NCBI GenBank assembly: GCA_041663185.1
Contig: JBAZQY010000001.1
Span: 19,448-83,447, forward strand
Reading direction: 5' to 3'
Length of the DNA: 64,000 nt
From: Minisyncoccota bacterium
GTDB lineage: Bacteria > Patescibacteriota > Minisyncoccia > Phycocordibacterales > UBA9973
The notes beneath the pieces were generated by a model. The model searched no databases. It had not been told where the DNA came from and saw only the letters and a list, made by a program, of their open reading frames with translations. A program made the translations under genes and the position numbers. Position 1 is the first letter of the stretch. Every line of letters starts with the position of its first letter. Positions 46,575 to 57,240 of this stretch are shown piece by piece.

Positions 46575-48257
46575 TTACATTTTTTCTGGAGATTTTATTC
46601 CTAGGAGGTTCAAGCCATTTTTGATAACTATAGAAAATGCTTCGGTTATCGCTAGTTTATATGGTGATGTTAGATCATCTTTATCAACTATTTTTGTGTT
46701 GCCGTAGAAAGTATTGAAGGAACGGGCAAGATTTATCAGGTAATTTGCAATTTGTTGTGGAGCAAAATCTTCCGCACTCCTCATAACTATCTCAGGAAAA
46801 CGATTAAGCAATTTCTCTACTTCTGTCGTTCCCCAACCCTCTGGTACAGTAGTTTCTATTTTTATATTTTCATCTTTGGCTTTTTCTAAAATTGATTTAG
46901 CGCGAGCGTATGAATACTGCAAATATGGACCGGAATCACCATTTAAATTAATTATTTCTTCCCAATCAAAAATTATGTCTTTCTTGCTTTCTCGTTTTAG
47001 ATCATTAAACTTAATAGCCCCAATACCAACTTCTTCTGACACATCGCTATTAATAGTGCTTGCTCGACTGACAGCTTCATTTATAATATCATCAAGCCAT
47101 ATCACATTCCCTTTTCTGGTGCTCATCTTTCCATCTTTAAATCGGTACAATCCATGAGCTAAATGAATTCTCTGCTCTTTTGTAAAGTAACCAAGCATTT
47201 CTTCTGCTTCGAAAATTTGCTTAAAATACTCTGATTGCTCAGTTCCGACTTCATTTATAATTTTTATATCATCACCATACTCCTTCTTCCTCCATTTATC
47301 AGTAGTTAAATCGCGAAGAGCATACAAAGACGACCCGTCTTTTTTGGTAATCATCAATGGGTTTAATTTTGTTTCATCAGGGAAAAATATTAAAAATGCT
47401 CCTTCACTTTCTTTGCCGAGATTTTTATTTTTTATATCTTCTAGCACTTCACCCATTTTATTTTCATAAAAACTTTCTCCATTTATAGTATCAAAGTCAT
47501 TTATATCTAATCGTTCGTATATTCGATGAAATTCTTTCATCGAATACGAAATGCATTTCTGCCAAATGGCTACTGCTTCAGAATCTTTCTTTTCCAACCT
47601 AGAAAACCATTCTCGCCCTTCATCTTCAAGTTCTGGATTTTTCTCTGCTTCATCGTGAAATTTCACATATAAATCAACAAGCGTTTTAATGGGAGATGGG
47701 TCATTTTCGAGAGCATCTAAATTACCCCACTTTTTAATAGCGACAATCATTTTCCCGAATTGCGTGCCCCAGTCACCTAAATGATTATCTCGGATCACTT
47801 TGTAATCAGAAAACTCTAAAATTTTAGAAACTGAGTCACCAATAATTGTCGAGCGTAAATGGCCGATGGTAAATGGTTTAGCAATATTCGGAGATGAATA
47901 TTCGACAAGAATTTTTTTACCCTTACCAATTTTATTCTTTCCGAAATCTTCTTTTTCTTTTAAAATTTCTTTTATACTTTCAGCAAAAAATTCTCCTAAT
48001 AAATAAAAATTAATAAACCCAGGACCAGCAATCTCAACTTTTTTAATTTCTTTTGGTAAATTTTTTTCTAATTCATTTTTAATTTTTTCAGCAAGTTCTT
48101 TTAGATTAATTTTTAAACTTTTAGCACAAACCATTGCTACATTCGTCGAATAATCACCATTTTTATTATCATCTGGGTGCTCAACTGAAAAATCAACTTC
48201 ATTGATATCAAGATTTTTTAAAACTTTTTGTATTATTTTTTCTATTTCTTCTTTCAT
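46575..48257 (-). CDS. argS: Arginine--tRNA ligase
   Basis: GDYSTN, AGPGFINF, EYSSPNIAKP..IGHLRS, HLGDWGTQFG, KMSTRKG, GPYLQY. Confidence 0.97.
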   Translation of the reverse strand: MKEEIEKIIQKVLKNLDINEVDFSVEHPDDNKNGDYSTNVAMVCAKSLKINLKELAEKIKNELEKNLPKEIKKVEIAGPGFINFYLLGEFFAESIKEILKEKEDFGKNKIGKGKKILVEYSSPNIAKPFTIGHLRSTIIGDSVSKILEFSDYKVIRDNHLGDWGTQFGKMIVAIKKWGNLDALENDPSPIKTLVDLYVKFHDEAEKNPELEDEGREWFSRLEKKDSEAVAIWQKCISYSMKEFHRIYERLDINDFDTINGESFYENKMGEVLEDIKNKNLGKESEGAFLIFFPDETKLNPLMITKKDGSSLYALRDLTTDKWRKKEYGDDIKIINEVGTEQSEYFKQIFEAEEMLGYFTKEQRIHLAHGLYRFKDGKMSTRKGNVIWLDDIINEAVSRASTINSDVSEEVGIGAIKFNDLKRESKKDIIFDWEEIINLNGDSGPYLQYSYARAKSILEKAKDENIKIETTVPEGWGTTEVEKLLNRFPEIVMRSAEDFAPQQIANYLINLARSFNTFYGNTKIVDKDDLTSPYKLAITEAFSIVIKNGLNLLGIKSPEKM

Positions 48258-48258
48258 T

Positions 48259-48681
48259 TTATTTTTTCCCTGTACTTCCAAACATTCCTTCACCTCTAGA
48301 TGAATCACTCAATGTATCAGTTTCTTCTAATTCTCCGATAACTACTGGATAAATAATCAGTTGACTAACTTTGTCTCCCTCTTCTATAGTATAAGGCTTA
48401 TCTGACAAATTCACTAGATGAGTGTTATATTCTCCACGATACCCCGCATCAAAAACACCGCCCATTTGGTGAAGACCCTCTTTTGAAATACTAGACTTAT
48501 CTTTTACAATTGCCGCATATCCAGTTGGAAACTCCATGGCAAATCCATGCCAAAAGCGATAGTGCCCCATCGTTGGAATAGTAACTGTTTCCATTGAATA
48601 TAAATCCATACCGACATCTCCTGGATGTGCATAGCTTGGAAGTTTAGCATTTTCTTTTAATTTTTTAATTTTGATTTTCAT
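48259..48681 (-). CDS. dut: Trimeric dUTPase
   Basis: GDVGMDL, KSS, GVFDAGYRGE, GDKVSQL, RGEGMFGSTG. Confidence 0.95.
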   Translation of the reverse strand: MKIKIKKLKENAKLPSYAHPGDVGMDLYSMETVTIPTMGHYRFWHGFAMEFPTGYAAIVKDKSSISKEGLHQMGGVFDAGYRGEYNTHLVNLSDKPYTIEEGDKVSQLIIYPVVIGELEETDTLSDSSRGEGMFGSTGKK

Positions 48682-48689
48682 AATTATTA

Positions 48690-49511
48690 TTATTCTTTTA
48701 ACATTACATTTAATGTCGCAATGTTTTTTTGTCCGGGTTTAATTATTGTTGGGTTTTTAATAATTCCATCTATATCTTCCATGAACACTTCAATACAAAT
48801 ATAATCTTTGTCTTTCTGAGACCAAAAAACAAATTTTTTATATTCTTTTGAGGCCGTAAACATAAACGTTCCCAGCCCTGGAATATATACTTCGATTGGC
48901 TTATTGGGGTTATCAATGAAAACGGCTTCTCCTTCTGCCCATTTGTCAATTTGATTTGCAACAATTTCTCCTCCCTTAAAATTAAATTTAATATTTTTCT
49001 TTTCCTCTGATGGGACTTTAAAATACGGATGTAAGCCACTTGAAATTGGCATTACTTTATCTTTCTCTAAATTTTTAACACGCTGAATAATAGAAAAAGA
49101 ATTATTCTGATTTAGAAAAACATCCATCATAAGTTCAAAATTATAAGGGTAGACTTCTTTGGTTTTTTGGTTTGAGGTTAATACTTCATGGAAACTAGCA
49201 TCGGTTACTCGGGTGTTCCATTTTTCATTTCTAGCAAAACCATGCTGTTTGAGATTCTGTAAATTTCCACGATCCAATCCTTCGGAGATTAGTCCAGCAT
49301 TAGGGAAAAGAATGGGGATGCCTCCTTTAACATTCACTTCGGGGTTTTTCAGTGTTGCTTCATCGAGATATAAAATTTCTTTCCCTTTTAATTTAATAGA
49401 TGTAACAATCCCCCCGCGTTCCGAGCAAAAAGAAAGCTCACTCCCCATAGGTCCTTCTATTGTCTCAACTTTTAATTCATTATTATTTTGTTTTTGCTCA
49501 AATTGGCTCAT
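48690..49511 (-). CDS. Aldose 1-epimerase / galactose mutarotase-like protein
   Basis: GGIPILFP, QHGFARN, GLHPYF, YICIE. Confidence 0.88.
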   Translation of the reverse strand: MSQFEQKQNNNELKVETIEGPMGSELSFCSERGGIVTSIKLKGKEILYLDEATLKNPEVNVKGGIPILFPNAGLISEGLDRGNLQNLKQHGFARNEKWNTRVTDASFHEVLTSNQKTKEVYPYNFELMMDVFLNQNNSFSIIQRVKNLEKDKVMPISSGLHPYFKVPSEEKKNIKFNFKGGEIVANQIDKWAEGEAVFIDNPNKPIEVYIPGLGTFMFTASKEYKKFVFWSQKDKDYICIEVFMEDIDGIIKNPTIIKPGQKNIATLNVMLKE

Positions 49512-49512
49512 T

Positions 49513-50226
49513 TTATTTTACAATTTTTTTAACTTCTTTATAAACCATTTCGTGAACTTGCTCACGAGATAATATTTCTCCTTTTTTGGAGCATTCTATT
49601 TTTATAAAATTCGGAATTTCTTTTTCTAATTTCAGCGCGCTCTTTCTGGAATTAATTAAATGATTGATATCACTTTCGTGAACATCTTTTTTCTTTTTCA
49701 AATATTCCCTTTTCATTTTACTACTGTCCCTATTCTTTAAAAGCTTGAGAACAATATTGATCGGCAAACTCAAATACAGAGTTAGGTCAGGTCTTGGAAT
49801 TCCAAAAACTTCATATTCCATTTCATCAAGCCATTTTAGAAAATCATTCCTTTTTTTAGTATTTTTCGTCTTCCCCCCTTGGTGAATTTGATTAGCCGAG
49901 ACATATCTGTTGGCAATGACAATATAGCCCTTTTTAAGCCATTTCCTCATCTCGTCGCTAGATTCCCACCTATCTGCCGCATACATCACAGAGGCGATTT
50001 TAGGGTGTATATTGAGCCAATTATAGTACTGTTCGCTCAAACAATGCCCGATAAACTTGCCAAAGAAGTTCTTGTAATATTCCGGGAAATCAACAACTTT
50101 TACAATTTTTCCATCCTTCTTTAAATGCTTAGTTAAATAATCCACCTGCGTCGCCTTTCCGCTTCCATCTGTGCCGTCTATAACTATAAGTTTGCCTTTG
50201 TATTTTTCTTTTTTATTTTTTGTCAT
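49513..50226 (-). CDS. tmk: Thymidylate kinase
   Basis: IVIDGTDGSGKATQ, FP.Y, YAADR, NRYVSAN, PDLTLYL. Confidence 0.92.
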   Translation of the reverse strand: MTKNKKEKYKGKLIVIDGTDGSGKATQVDYLTKHLKKDGKIVKVVDFPEYYKNFFGKFIGHCLSEQYYNWLNIHPKIASVMYAADRWESSDEMRKWLKKGYIVIANRYVSANQIHQGGKTKNTKKRNDFLKWLDEMEYEVFGIPRPDLTLYLSLPINIVLKLLKNRDSSKMKREYLKKKKDVHESDINHLINSRKSALKLEKEIPNFIKIECSKKGEILSREQVHEMVYKEVKKIVK

Positions 50227-50653
50227 AATAATTTTTTCCTGATTTATACGAATCGACTAGAACGGCAGTAGGATAGAAAAGTGGTGATGGTAAATTATTG
50301 ATATCGAGCCATTGCCAATCCCCAATGTTCTCATTGATAAATGTTTGTGGTTCGCCCTTATCCCAATTTGCTGTTACTCCAATTAAAACTTTATTATATA
50401 TATCAATATTTGCAACACAGGAAAATTTTATATCTTTTATCTTGATTCCAGCTTCTTCAAAAGTTTCCCTTTTTATTGCTTCCTCAAAAGATTCCCCAAA
50501 TTCCATATGCCCACCAGGGAAAGAATACTCACTCTTTCCATGGGAAGCCGTCTCCTTTCTCTTACCAATTAAAACTTTCCCTTCTTTAAATATCATTGCT
50601 CCAACAACTGCGATCGGTCTTTTTTTAGATTCATTTTTAATTTCGGAATTCAT
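50213..50653 (-). CDS. NUDIX hydrolase (NUDT15-like)
   Basis: FPGGHMEFGESFEEAIKRETFEEAG; LPSPLF. Confidence 0.88.
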   Translation of the reverse strand: MNSEIKNESKKRPIAVVGAMIFKEGKVLIGKRKETASHGKSEYSFPGGHMEFGESFEEAIKRETFEEAGIKIKDIKFSCVANIDIYNKVLIGVTANWDKGEPQTFINENIGDWQWLDINNLPSPLFYPTAVLVDSYKSGKNYYDKK

Positions 50654-50655
50654 GA

Positions 50656-51066
50656 TTATTTATCAAAAAATTCCTTAATAATAACTGGTAATTCATCAAT
50701 ATTTTTATAAACTTTTTTGATTAAGTTATAATCTCCATTGATCATCCCTGATATCGGTTTTGGAGAACCTTCTCTATAAAGACATAAGACTTTTTTATTA
50801 AGCGCTTCAGCTATTCCAATTTCATAACCAACCCCAACACTAGGAGTAGAAATATCTGCAACTAAAACATCTGCCGATCTGAGCCATTCTATATCTCTTT
50901 TATAAATATATTCATGAGATTTATCTTCACCTTGGCTAGATAATGTTTTATCTCCAATATGTTCCGTTAGAACTTCCCCATAATTTTTTAGCAACTCAAT
51001 AATCTTCTCATAAATATGAGCATCATCTCTTCCCCCTCTTATTGACCCTGCAAAATATATTTTCAT
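50656..51066 (-). CDS. Nucleoside 2-deoxyribosyltransferase-fold N-glycosidase, DNPH1/Rcl-like
   Basis: IYFAGSIRGGR, VLTEH, RDIEWL, PSVGVGYEIG, S.MI.G match Rcl/DNPH1 signatures. Confidence 0.88.
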   Translation of the reverse strand: MKIYFAGSIRGGRDDAHIYEKIIELLKNYGEVLTEHIGDKTLSSQGEDKSHEYIYKRDIEWLRSADVLVADISTPSVGVGYEIGIAEALNKKVLCLYREGSPKPISGMINGDYNLIKKVYKNIDELPVIIKEFFDK

Positions 51067-51070
51067 AAAA

Positions 51071-51502
51071 TTATTTTATAATTCCTGCATCTTTAAGCAT
51101 TTGTTTATGATCGTAAGCTAAATCCATTTTGGAAACTTCTTCAGGAGTAAACCAACCGATATCTTGAACTTCAGAAATTTGATTGACCTTTGGTTCACCT
51201 GAAACTATTTTACAAATATGAGGCAGGGCAATACTTGTTTTTGTTGGATGCCTTCCTTTGGGATCATAATATTTTCCAATAAATTTTATAACTTCTATTT
51301 CAACTCCGACTTCTTCTTGCGCTTCTCTTTTCAGTGCTTCTTCAACTGTTTCATCCCATTCCATCCAACCCCCAACCAATCCCCAATAATCTGGGAATGC
51401 TCTCATGCTAGTAGACCTCTTTTGCAAAAAAATTTTACCATCATTATTTACAATAATGGCATCTACTCCTACCCATGGATGATCCTTTTTTTCTTCAGAC
51501 AT
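51071..51502 (-). CDS. NUDIX hydrolase
   Basis: WGLVGGWMEWDETVEEALKREAQEEVG; LAYDH. Confidence 0.88.
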   Translation of the reverse strand: MSEEKKDHPWVGVDAIIVNNDGKIFLQKRSTSMRAFPDYWGLVGGWMEWDETVEEALKREAQEEVGVEIEVIKFIGKYYDPKGRHPTKTSIALPHICKIVSGEPKVNQISEVQDIGWFTPEEVSKMDLAYDHKQMLKDAGIIK

Positions 51503-51506
51503 AAAT

Positions 51507-52679
51507 TTATTTTCTTAAAATTTTATTAATTGTTTGTGCTATTTTTATCATATCTTTCTCTTTTTTTCCGTGAGTTGTCTCAGCGCATGTCCCTAAGCGA
51601 ATCCCTGACGGATCCATTGGGCCTCTCGTATCACCTGGAATTGTATTCATGTTTACAATAATCCCATTTTTTTCCAATCTTTCTCCTGCTTCTTTACCAG
51701 ATATTCCTTTTCCGTCCATCCAAGTATCAACCAAAATCAAATGTGAGTCTGTCCCCCCAGAAATAATGTGCCAGCCGAGCTTTTGTAATTCCTTTGCCAA
51801 GGCCTTGGCATTTTTCACAACTTGTTTTGCATATTTTTTAAAATCGGGTCTCATTGCCTCAGAAAGTGCGACAGCGACCGCGGCAATAGTATTCTCATGC
51901 GGGCCACCAAAGAGCCCTGGTATAACCATTTTGTCTAATTTTTTATCAAAATTTCTTTCATCTTTTTTTACAAACAAAAGTGCGTGCCTTGGGCCACGAA
52001 GTGATTTGTGTGTAGTTGTCATGACTGAATCAGCATAAGGAAAAGGTGAAGGATACGCACCGCCTGCGACAAGACCTGCGAAGTGAGACATATCGACATG
52101 TAGAATTGCCCCACAGCTATCGGCAATTTCTCGAAACTTTTTAAAATCAACAATTCGTGGATAAGCGGTGAAACCAGCAACAATAATGTCTGGCTTTTCT
52201 GCGATAGCTAATTTTTTTAATTCTTGATAATTTATTATTTCGGTTTTTGCATCAAGTTCAAATTGAACTCCCTTCCAAAGCTTGCCGGTCATCGAAGCAG
52301 GATAACCGTGAGTAAGGTGCCCACCGGCTGAAAGCTTCATTCCCATTATCTTGCTACCAAGTGGAACAAGAGCAGAATACAAAGCAAAGTTTGCTGGACT
52401 ACCAGAGAGAAGCTGAGCGTTCACGTGCCAGTTTTCTTTTTTTAATTTAAAAAGTTTTAAGGCTCTCTCTATGCAAAGATTCTCTACCTTATCAACGATT
52501 TCATTACCACCATAGTACCTACGGCCAGGGTATCCTTCAGCGTATTTGTTGGTAAGTTTTGAGCCAAGCGCTTTCAATACATCACCTGAGACATAGTTTT
52601 CGGAAGCAATCAGATTTATAACGCTTTTTTGCCTTTTTTCTTCGTCTTTTATGAGTTTTTCTACTTGTTTATCGTGCAT
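51507..52679 (-). CDS. glyA: Serine hydroxymethyltransferase
   Basis: LIASENY, NKYAEGYPGRRYYGG, GGHLTHG, TTTHKSLRGPR, SGIRLGT. Confidence 0.98.
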   Translation of the reverse strand: MHDKQVEKLIKDEEKRQKSVINLIASENYVSGDVLKALGSKLTNKYAEGYPGRRYYGGNEIVDKVENLCIERALKLFKLKKENWHVNAQLLSGSPANFALYSALVPLGSKIMGMKLSAGGHLTHGYPASMTGKLWKGVQFELDAKTEIINYQELKKLAIAEKPDIIVAGFTAYPRIVDFKKFREIADSCGAILHVDMSHFAGLVAGGAYPSPFPYADSVMTTTHKSLRGPRHALLFVKKDERNFDKKLDKMVIPGLFGGPHENTIAAVAVALSEAMRPDFKKYAKQVVKNAKALAKELQKLGWHIISGGTDSHLILVDTWMDGKGISGKEAGERLEKNGIIVNMNTIPGDTRGPMDPSGIRLGTCAETTHGKKEKDMIKIAQTINKILRK

Positions 52680-52757
52680 GTGATTTTTAAGTTTTTAAGA
52701 TTAATATACTGATTTTAGCATGTTTGTATCAAAAATAGAAAGCTGTATAATAGGTCT

Positions 52758-53699
52758 ATGGATAAATATCATGTCGACAATATATATTTAGATTTAGTGG
52801 AAAGAATAAAAAAAGAAGGAACACAAAAAGGAGACAGAACAGGAACAGGGACTATCTCAATTTTTGGACACCAGATGAGATTTGATTTATCCAAAGGCTT
52901 TCCTCTTTTAACAACAAAGAAGGTGCCAATAAAAGCAATAATCCATGAATTGCTTTGGTTCATGCGTGGTGATACAAATCTAAAATATCTTGCAGAAAAT
53001 AATGTTCATATCTGGGATGAATGGCCATTTAAAGCATACTTAATGAAATCCGGTAAACCAATGCCAAAAGTTGGCAGTGAAGAATGGAACTCTGGGTTAA
53101 AAGAGTTTATTGAAAAAATAAAAACAGATGAAAGTTTTGCAAAAGAATATGGAGAACTTGGTCCAATATATGGTTCACAGTGGAGATGCTGGAAAGACCA
53201 AGATAATACTTGTCTTGACCAACTAAATGATGCGATAGAAATGATTAAAACAAATCCTGATTCACGTCGAATTATTGTTTCTGCTTGGAACGTCGCTGAT
53301 ATTAATGAAATGACAAAAGCAGGACTTCCTCCTTGTCATTTACTTTTCCAATTCTATGTTGCTAATGGAAAATTATCATGTCAGCTCTACCAAAGAAGTT
53401 GTGATACTTTCTTGGGCGTACCATTTAATATTGCTTCTTATGCATTATTAGTAATGATAATTGCTCAAGTAACTGGATTACAACCAGGAGAATTTGTTTG
53501 GACGGGTGGAGACGTTCATTTATACTCCAATCACCTTGAACAAGTGGAAACACAATTATCTCGTCGAAATGATTTACGACCGATGCCCGAAATGAAGATA
53601 AATAAAGAAATAAAAAATATTGAAGATTTTACAATTAATGATTTCGAGTTGGTAAATTATAATCCTCATGACGCCATCAAGGCACCTATCGCCGTATAA
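52758..53699 (+). CDS. thyA: Thymidylate synthase ThyA
   Basis: DRTGTGT, FPLLTTK, ELLWF, SRR, LPPCH, YQRSCD, PFNIASY. Confidence 0.98.
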   Translation: MDKYHVDNIYLDLVERIKKEGTQKGDRTGTGTISIFGHQMRFDLSKGFPLLTTKKVPIKAIIHELLWFMRGDTNLKYLAENNVHIWDEWPFKAYLMKSGKPMPKVGSEEWNSGLKEFIEKIKTDESFAKEYGELGPIYGSQWRCWKDQDNTCLDQLNDAIEMIKTNPDSRRIIVSAWNVADINEMTKAGLPPCHLLFQFYVANGKLSCQLYQRSCDTFLGVPFNIASYALLVMIIAQVTGLQPGEFVWTGGDVHLYSNHLEQVETQLSRRNDLRPMPEMKINKEIKNIEDFTINDFELVNYNPHDAIKAPIAV

Positions 53700-53703
53700 A
53701 TTT

Positions 53704-54201
53704 ATGATTCTATCTATAATTTCAGCCATTGGGAAAAATAATGAAATTGGAAAGGCAAATACATTGCTATGGAATTTACCCGCTGACATGAAGCATTTCA
53801 AAGAAACAACTTCCGGCCATACCATCATAATGGGACAGAAAACTTTTGAATCCATTGGACGAGCACTCCCCAATCGTCGAAATATCGTTCTGACAAAAGA
53901 TGAGGATTTTAGAAGAGATGGGATAGAAATCGTTTATTCAATTGATGAATTGATGGAATTACTAGAAAAAACAACTTCACAAGATGATGAATGTTTTATT
54001 ATCGGGGGTGGACAAATATATAAACTATTTATTGATAGAGCAGACAAATTATACATTACTCACGTAGATGAAGAATTCCCCAGTGCTGATACATTTTTCC
54101 CTGAGATTGATATGAATAAATGGAAAAAGATTCAAGAAGAATCACATAACGCCGATGAAAATAATAAATACGATTTGAAATTTGCAATATATAAAAAGTA
54201 A
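53704..54201 (+). CDS. folA: Dihydrofolate reductase
   Basis: IG..N.L.W.LPADMKHFK, IMGQKTFES, LPNRRN, IIGGGQIY, DTFFP. Confidence 0.96.
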   Translation: MILSIISAIGKNNEIGKANTLLWNLPADMKHFKETTSGHTIIMGQKTFESIGRALPNRRNIVLTKDEDFRRDGIEIVYSIDELMELLEKTTSQDDECFIIGGGQIYKLFIDRADKLYITHVDEEFPSADTFFPEIDMNKWKKIQEESHNADENNKYDLKFAIYKK

Positions 54202-54208
54202 AACAAAT

Positions 54209-54246
54209 AAAAAACACGATATTAAAATTTTAATATTGTGTTTTTT
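54209..54246. terminator. Bidirectional terminator-like hairpin
   Basis: AAAAACACGATATTAAA/TTTAATATTGTGTTTTT between convergent genes. Confidence 0.6.
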
Positions 54247-54802
54247 ATTTGTTTGTGAGTTTGGTAATTATTTCATCTATTTGCTTATATAGATCTTCTT
54301 TTGATTCTTCATTTATAATAAAGAAATCTGCTCTTGCTATTGGACCTGCTTGATGAATATTTTCTATCTGTGCATAATCTCGAGAGATAACATCTTCTCG
54401 AGACAATGGACGGATTGGACGATTTTCCATTCTCTTTATTCTTGTCTCGGGAGAAGATAAAACCGATAATACTTTGAAATCATCGCCAAAAGCTTTTTCC
54501 ATTTCAAGATATTCTTCCCAACTATAAAGGCTTTCTACGAGAACACTTGTTGTTGTAATTAAATCTTTTATTTTAGGAATACTCAAAATAGCATAACAGC
54601 CCATACCATATTCACTTCTAATCCTCTCTCTTGTGATTCTTTCATTAGCTTCATTTATTTCTAAACCAACCTTTTTCATTTCATCAAAAGTAACGTCACC
54701 AAAATAAACCTTGGGCCAACCAGTCTTATTCATTAAATATTCTATTATTTCTGTTTTCCCTGCTCCTGGTAATCCAACCACTGCTAAAATTATTTTATTC
54801 AT
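54245..54802 (-). CDS. P-loop nucleoside monophosphate/dephospho-CoA kinase-like protein
   Basis: VVGLPGAGKT, R..R..R.R lid, ADF.I.NE. Confidence 0.8.
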   Translation of the reverse strand: MNKIILAVVGLPGAGKTEIIEYLMNKTGWPKVYFGDVTFDEMKKVGLEINEANERITRERIRSEYGMGCYAILSIPKIKDLITTTSVLVESLYSWEEYLEMEKAFGDDFKVLSVLSSPETRIKRMENRPIRPLSREDVISRDYAQIENIHQAGPIARADFFIINEESKEDLYKQIDEIITKLTNK

Positions 54803-54814
54803 ATAATTTTTAAA

Positions 54815-55339
54815 TTAAAATTTTGGGATATTATCTCCCCATATTTCTTCTAAATAACTCTTCCCATTTATATTACGACAATCAACATCTGGCATTGATT
54901 GCAATAACCTAGTAATCGCTTCATTTGTCACATCATTTGTCATTGATTTCGCATTATTGTTCACCTTACTTTCTACAACAGAATTCTTATAAATAATTCT
55001 TTTTATGCCTGCTTGAATAATATGTTTTAAACAATTTTCACAAGGCCCATAAAGATTATAAAGAGTGCATTTTTCTAAATCTCTTTTTGCAAACAAAATA
55101 GCGTTCATTTCTCCGTGAAGAACCAAGTGATATTTAATTGGTCTTTCTGTGGACATTATTGACTCATCACACCCACTAATAAAACCATTGTAACCAAAAG
55201 AAATTGGTCGATTTTTGCTATCGACAATGACACACCCTGTTTTGGTAGAAGGATCTTTTGATTTTTTAGCTACTTGCTCAGCAATATTAATAAAATATTC
55301 ATCCCAAGACAACCCTTTTAAATTTTTGTTTTCTTCCAT
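54815..55339 (-). CDS. dCMP deaminase
   Basis: WDEYF, SKDPST..GC, GYNG, HGEMNA, PCENC. Confidence 0.92.
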   Translation of the reverse strand: MEENKNLKGLSWDEYFINIAEQVAKKSKDPSTKTGCVIVDSKNRPISFGYNGFISGCDESIMSTERPIKYHLVLHGEMNAILFAKRDLEKCTLYNLYGPCENCLKHIIQAGIKRIIYKNSVVESKVNNNAKSMTNDVTNEAITRLLQSMPDVDCRNINGKSYLEEIWGDNIPKF

Positions 55340-55367
55340 AAATATATTATATTATTTTTTAATTAAT

Positions 55368-55982
55368 TCACCTAATAATAAAAAACCCGAAAATCATTGC
55401 CACGAAATTGAGGATTGTGTGGGAAATAGATATTAAAAGAAGGTTCTTGTATTTATAATACATCCATGCAAAACCAATTCCTGCGATAAAAGTAAATGGC
55501 AAGGTAAAATAGGCTTTTAGGTAAATAATGTGCATCAAGGCAAAAATGGCGGCATTCAGAATTATGATAAACCACATATTAGTAAAAACCCTTCGAAGCA
55601 TGTTCATTAAAACTCCTCGAAAGATTAATTCTTGGATAAAACTAAGCGGAATAAAGAGAAGTAGAAATTTGGCATTTTTCCACCAATTTAAAAACGGCGT
55701 TCCAATCTTTAATTCTTCTATTATAAAAAGTAAGCCAACTCCGACTGCCGTAAAAATAAAATAAGGCCAAAAATATTTCTTCCAACTTTTTTGAATACCA
55801 AAATCTTCACTATTCCACTTTTCAAAACGAGCAATCCCGTAAATTATAAATGTCACAATCAGCAACATTAAAATACGAAAATCATTTGGAATAACTTTAA
55901 AATAAAGAAGTAAAACTGGGATTAAATACAAGTATAATATTTGCACCCAAACTAGTTCTCTTTCTTGCTTTAAATTATTCAT
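55368..55982 (-). CDS. CPBP-family (CAAX/Abi) intramembrane protease-like protein
   Basis: QELIFRG, FALMH, H..LN motifs; multi-TM. Confidence 0.85.
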   Translation of the reverse strand: MNNLKQERELVWVQILYLYLIPVLLLYFKVIPNDFRILMLLIVTFIIYGIARFEKWNSEDFGIQKSWKKYFWPYFIFTAVGVGLLFIIEELKIGTPFLNWWKNAKFLLLFIPLSFIQELIFRGVLMNMLRRVFTNMWFIIILNAAIFALMHIIYLKAYFTLPFTFIAGIGFAWMYYKYKNLLLISISHTILNFVAMIFGFFIIR

Positions 55983-56009
55983 ACAAGAATATTATATCAA
56001 ATTTTTTAT

Positions 56010-57233
56010 TTATTCATACCTTAGTGCTTCAATCGGATTTAATCTTGAAGCGCGCTGTGCTGGATAGTATCCAAACACTATCCCAATTAAAGCAGAGACT
56101 CCAAAAGCAAGTAGGACAGATGATATTGAGACTTGAGCTTCAATCACATCAAAATAAGACAGGGTAAAAGAGATCACCCAACCAAGTATCACTCCGATAA
56201 TTCCTCCAATGAAAGTAAGAATTACAGCTTCAGATAAAAATTGTAAATTAATATCTCTTTTTTTTGCACCTATAGCTTTGCGCAAACCGACTTCTCTTGT
56301 TCTTTCGGTAACTGTAGTAAGCATCATATTCATAATTCCAATTCCTCCAACTAAAAGTGAAATACCCGCAATCGCAGCCAAAAGAGTAGTGAAAGTTCCA
56401 GCCACATCCGAAACAGTTTCTATCATGTCTGACTGATTTAATGTGGTAAAATCTGCAGTATCAGTAGTTTTATTATGTCTTTCTAATAATAATGCTGTCA
56501 CATCTTCTTGAACAACAGTTGAAATCTCTGCATCGTTTGCTGAAATATCTATTCTTGTAAGATATTTATTGCCAGTAATATATCTTTGAGCGGTGGTATA
56601 TGGAATATAAATAATATCATCACTATTAGTCATTCCCGATCCCCCCTTTTCTACGGCTACACCTATAATTTTATATTCTGTTCCAGAGATACGTATTTTT
56701 TCTCCAATTATATCCGTTTCGTCTTCCCCAAATAAATCATCTCGTGCAGTCGCACCTAAAACTGCAACTTTTGAAGTTTTTGAAATATGCTGATCTGTCA
56801 GAAATGTTCCTTCGGCTATTTCAACATTTCTAACAGTACCATAAGAAGACTCTGTCCCCATTATGCTTGTGTTTGTATTTGTCCCTGTTGCAACTACTTG
56901 TTTTTGAGAACTTACTTCTTTTACAACGGCTGAAATATTATCCACTTGTGAAGCAATTGCATCTGCATCTTCCAAGGTAAGAGTCTGCGCTCCACCACGA
57001 GAAGCGGTCGAACCTCCTCCAAAAGTTCTTTGCGCTCCAGGATTAACCATGATTAAATTAGCACCCATAGATTCAATACTAGACGAGACAGAATTTGATG
57101 CACCTTGCCCCACAGCTACCATAGCAATAACAGAAGCAATACCGATAACAATACCGAGCATTGTGAGCCCTGTTCGAACTTTATTTGATCTTAATGCCGA
57201 AAAAGTTTCTTGTAATATATCTTTTGTTTTCAT
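56010..57233 (-). CDS. MacB-like ABC transporter permease
   Basis: LTMLGIVIG, GGIGIMNMML..V.ERTREVGLRKAIGA, LNPIEALRYE. Confidence 0.95.
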   Translation of the reverse strand: MKTKDILQETFSALRSNKVRTGLTMLGIVIGIASVIAMVAVGQGASNSVSSSIESMGANLIMVNPGAQRTFGGGSTASRGGAQTLTLEDADAIASQVDNISAVVKEVSSQKQVVATGTNTNTSIMGTESSYGTVRNVEIAEGTFLTDQHISKTSKVAVLGATARDDLFGEDETDIIGEKIRISGTEYKIIGVAVEKGGSGMTNSDDIIYIPYTTAQRYITGNKYLTRIDISANDAEISTVVQEDVTALLLERHNKTTDTADFTTLNQSDMIETVSDVAGTFTTLLAAIAGISLLVGGIGIMNMMLTTVTERTREVGLRKAIGAKKRDINLQFLSEAVILTFIGGIIGVILGWVISFTLSYFDVIEAQVSISSVLLAFGVSALIGIVFGYYPAQRASRLNPIEALRYE

Positions 57234-57240
57234 AATTATT

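Noticed and set aside
46529-46575. Duplicated argS tail (GIK) downstream of the stop
   Set aside because: Only three codons match; indistinguishable from chance
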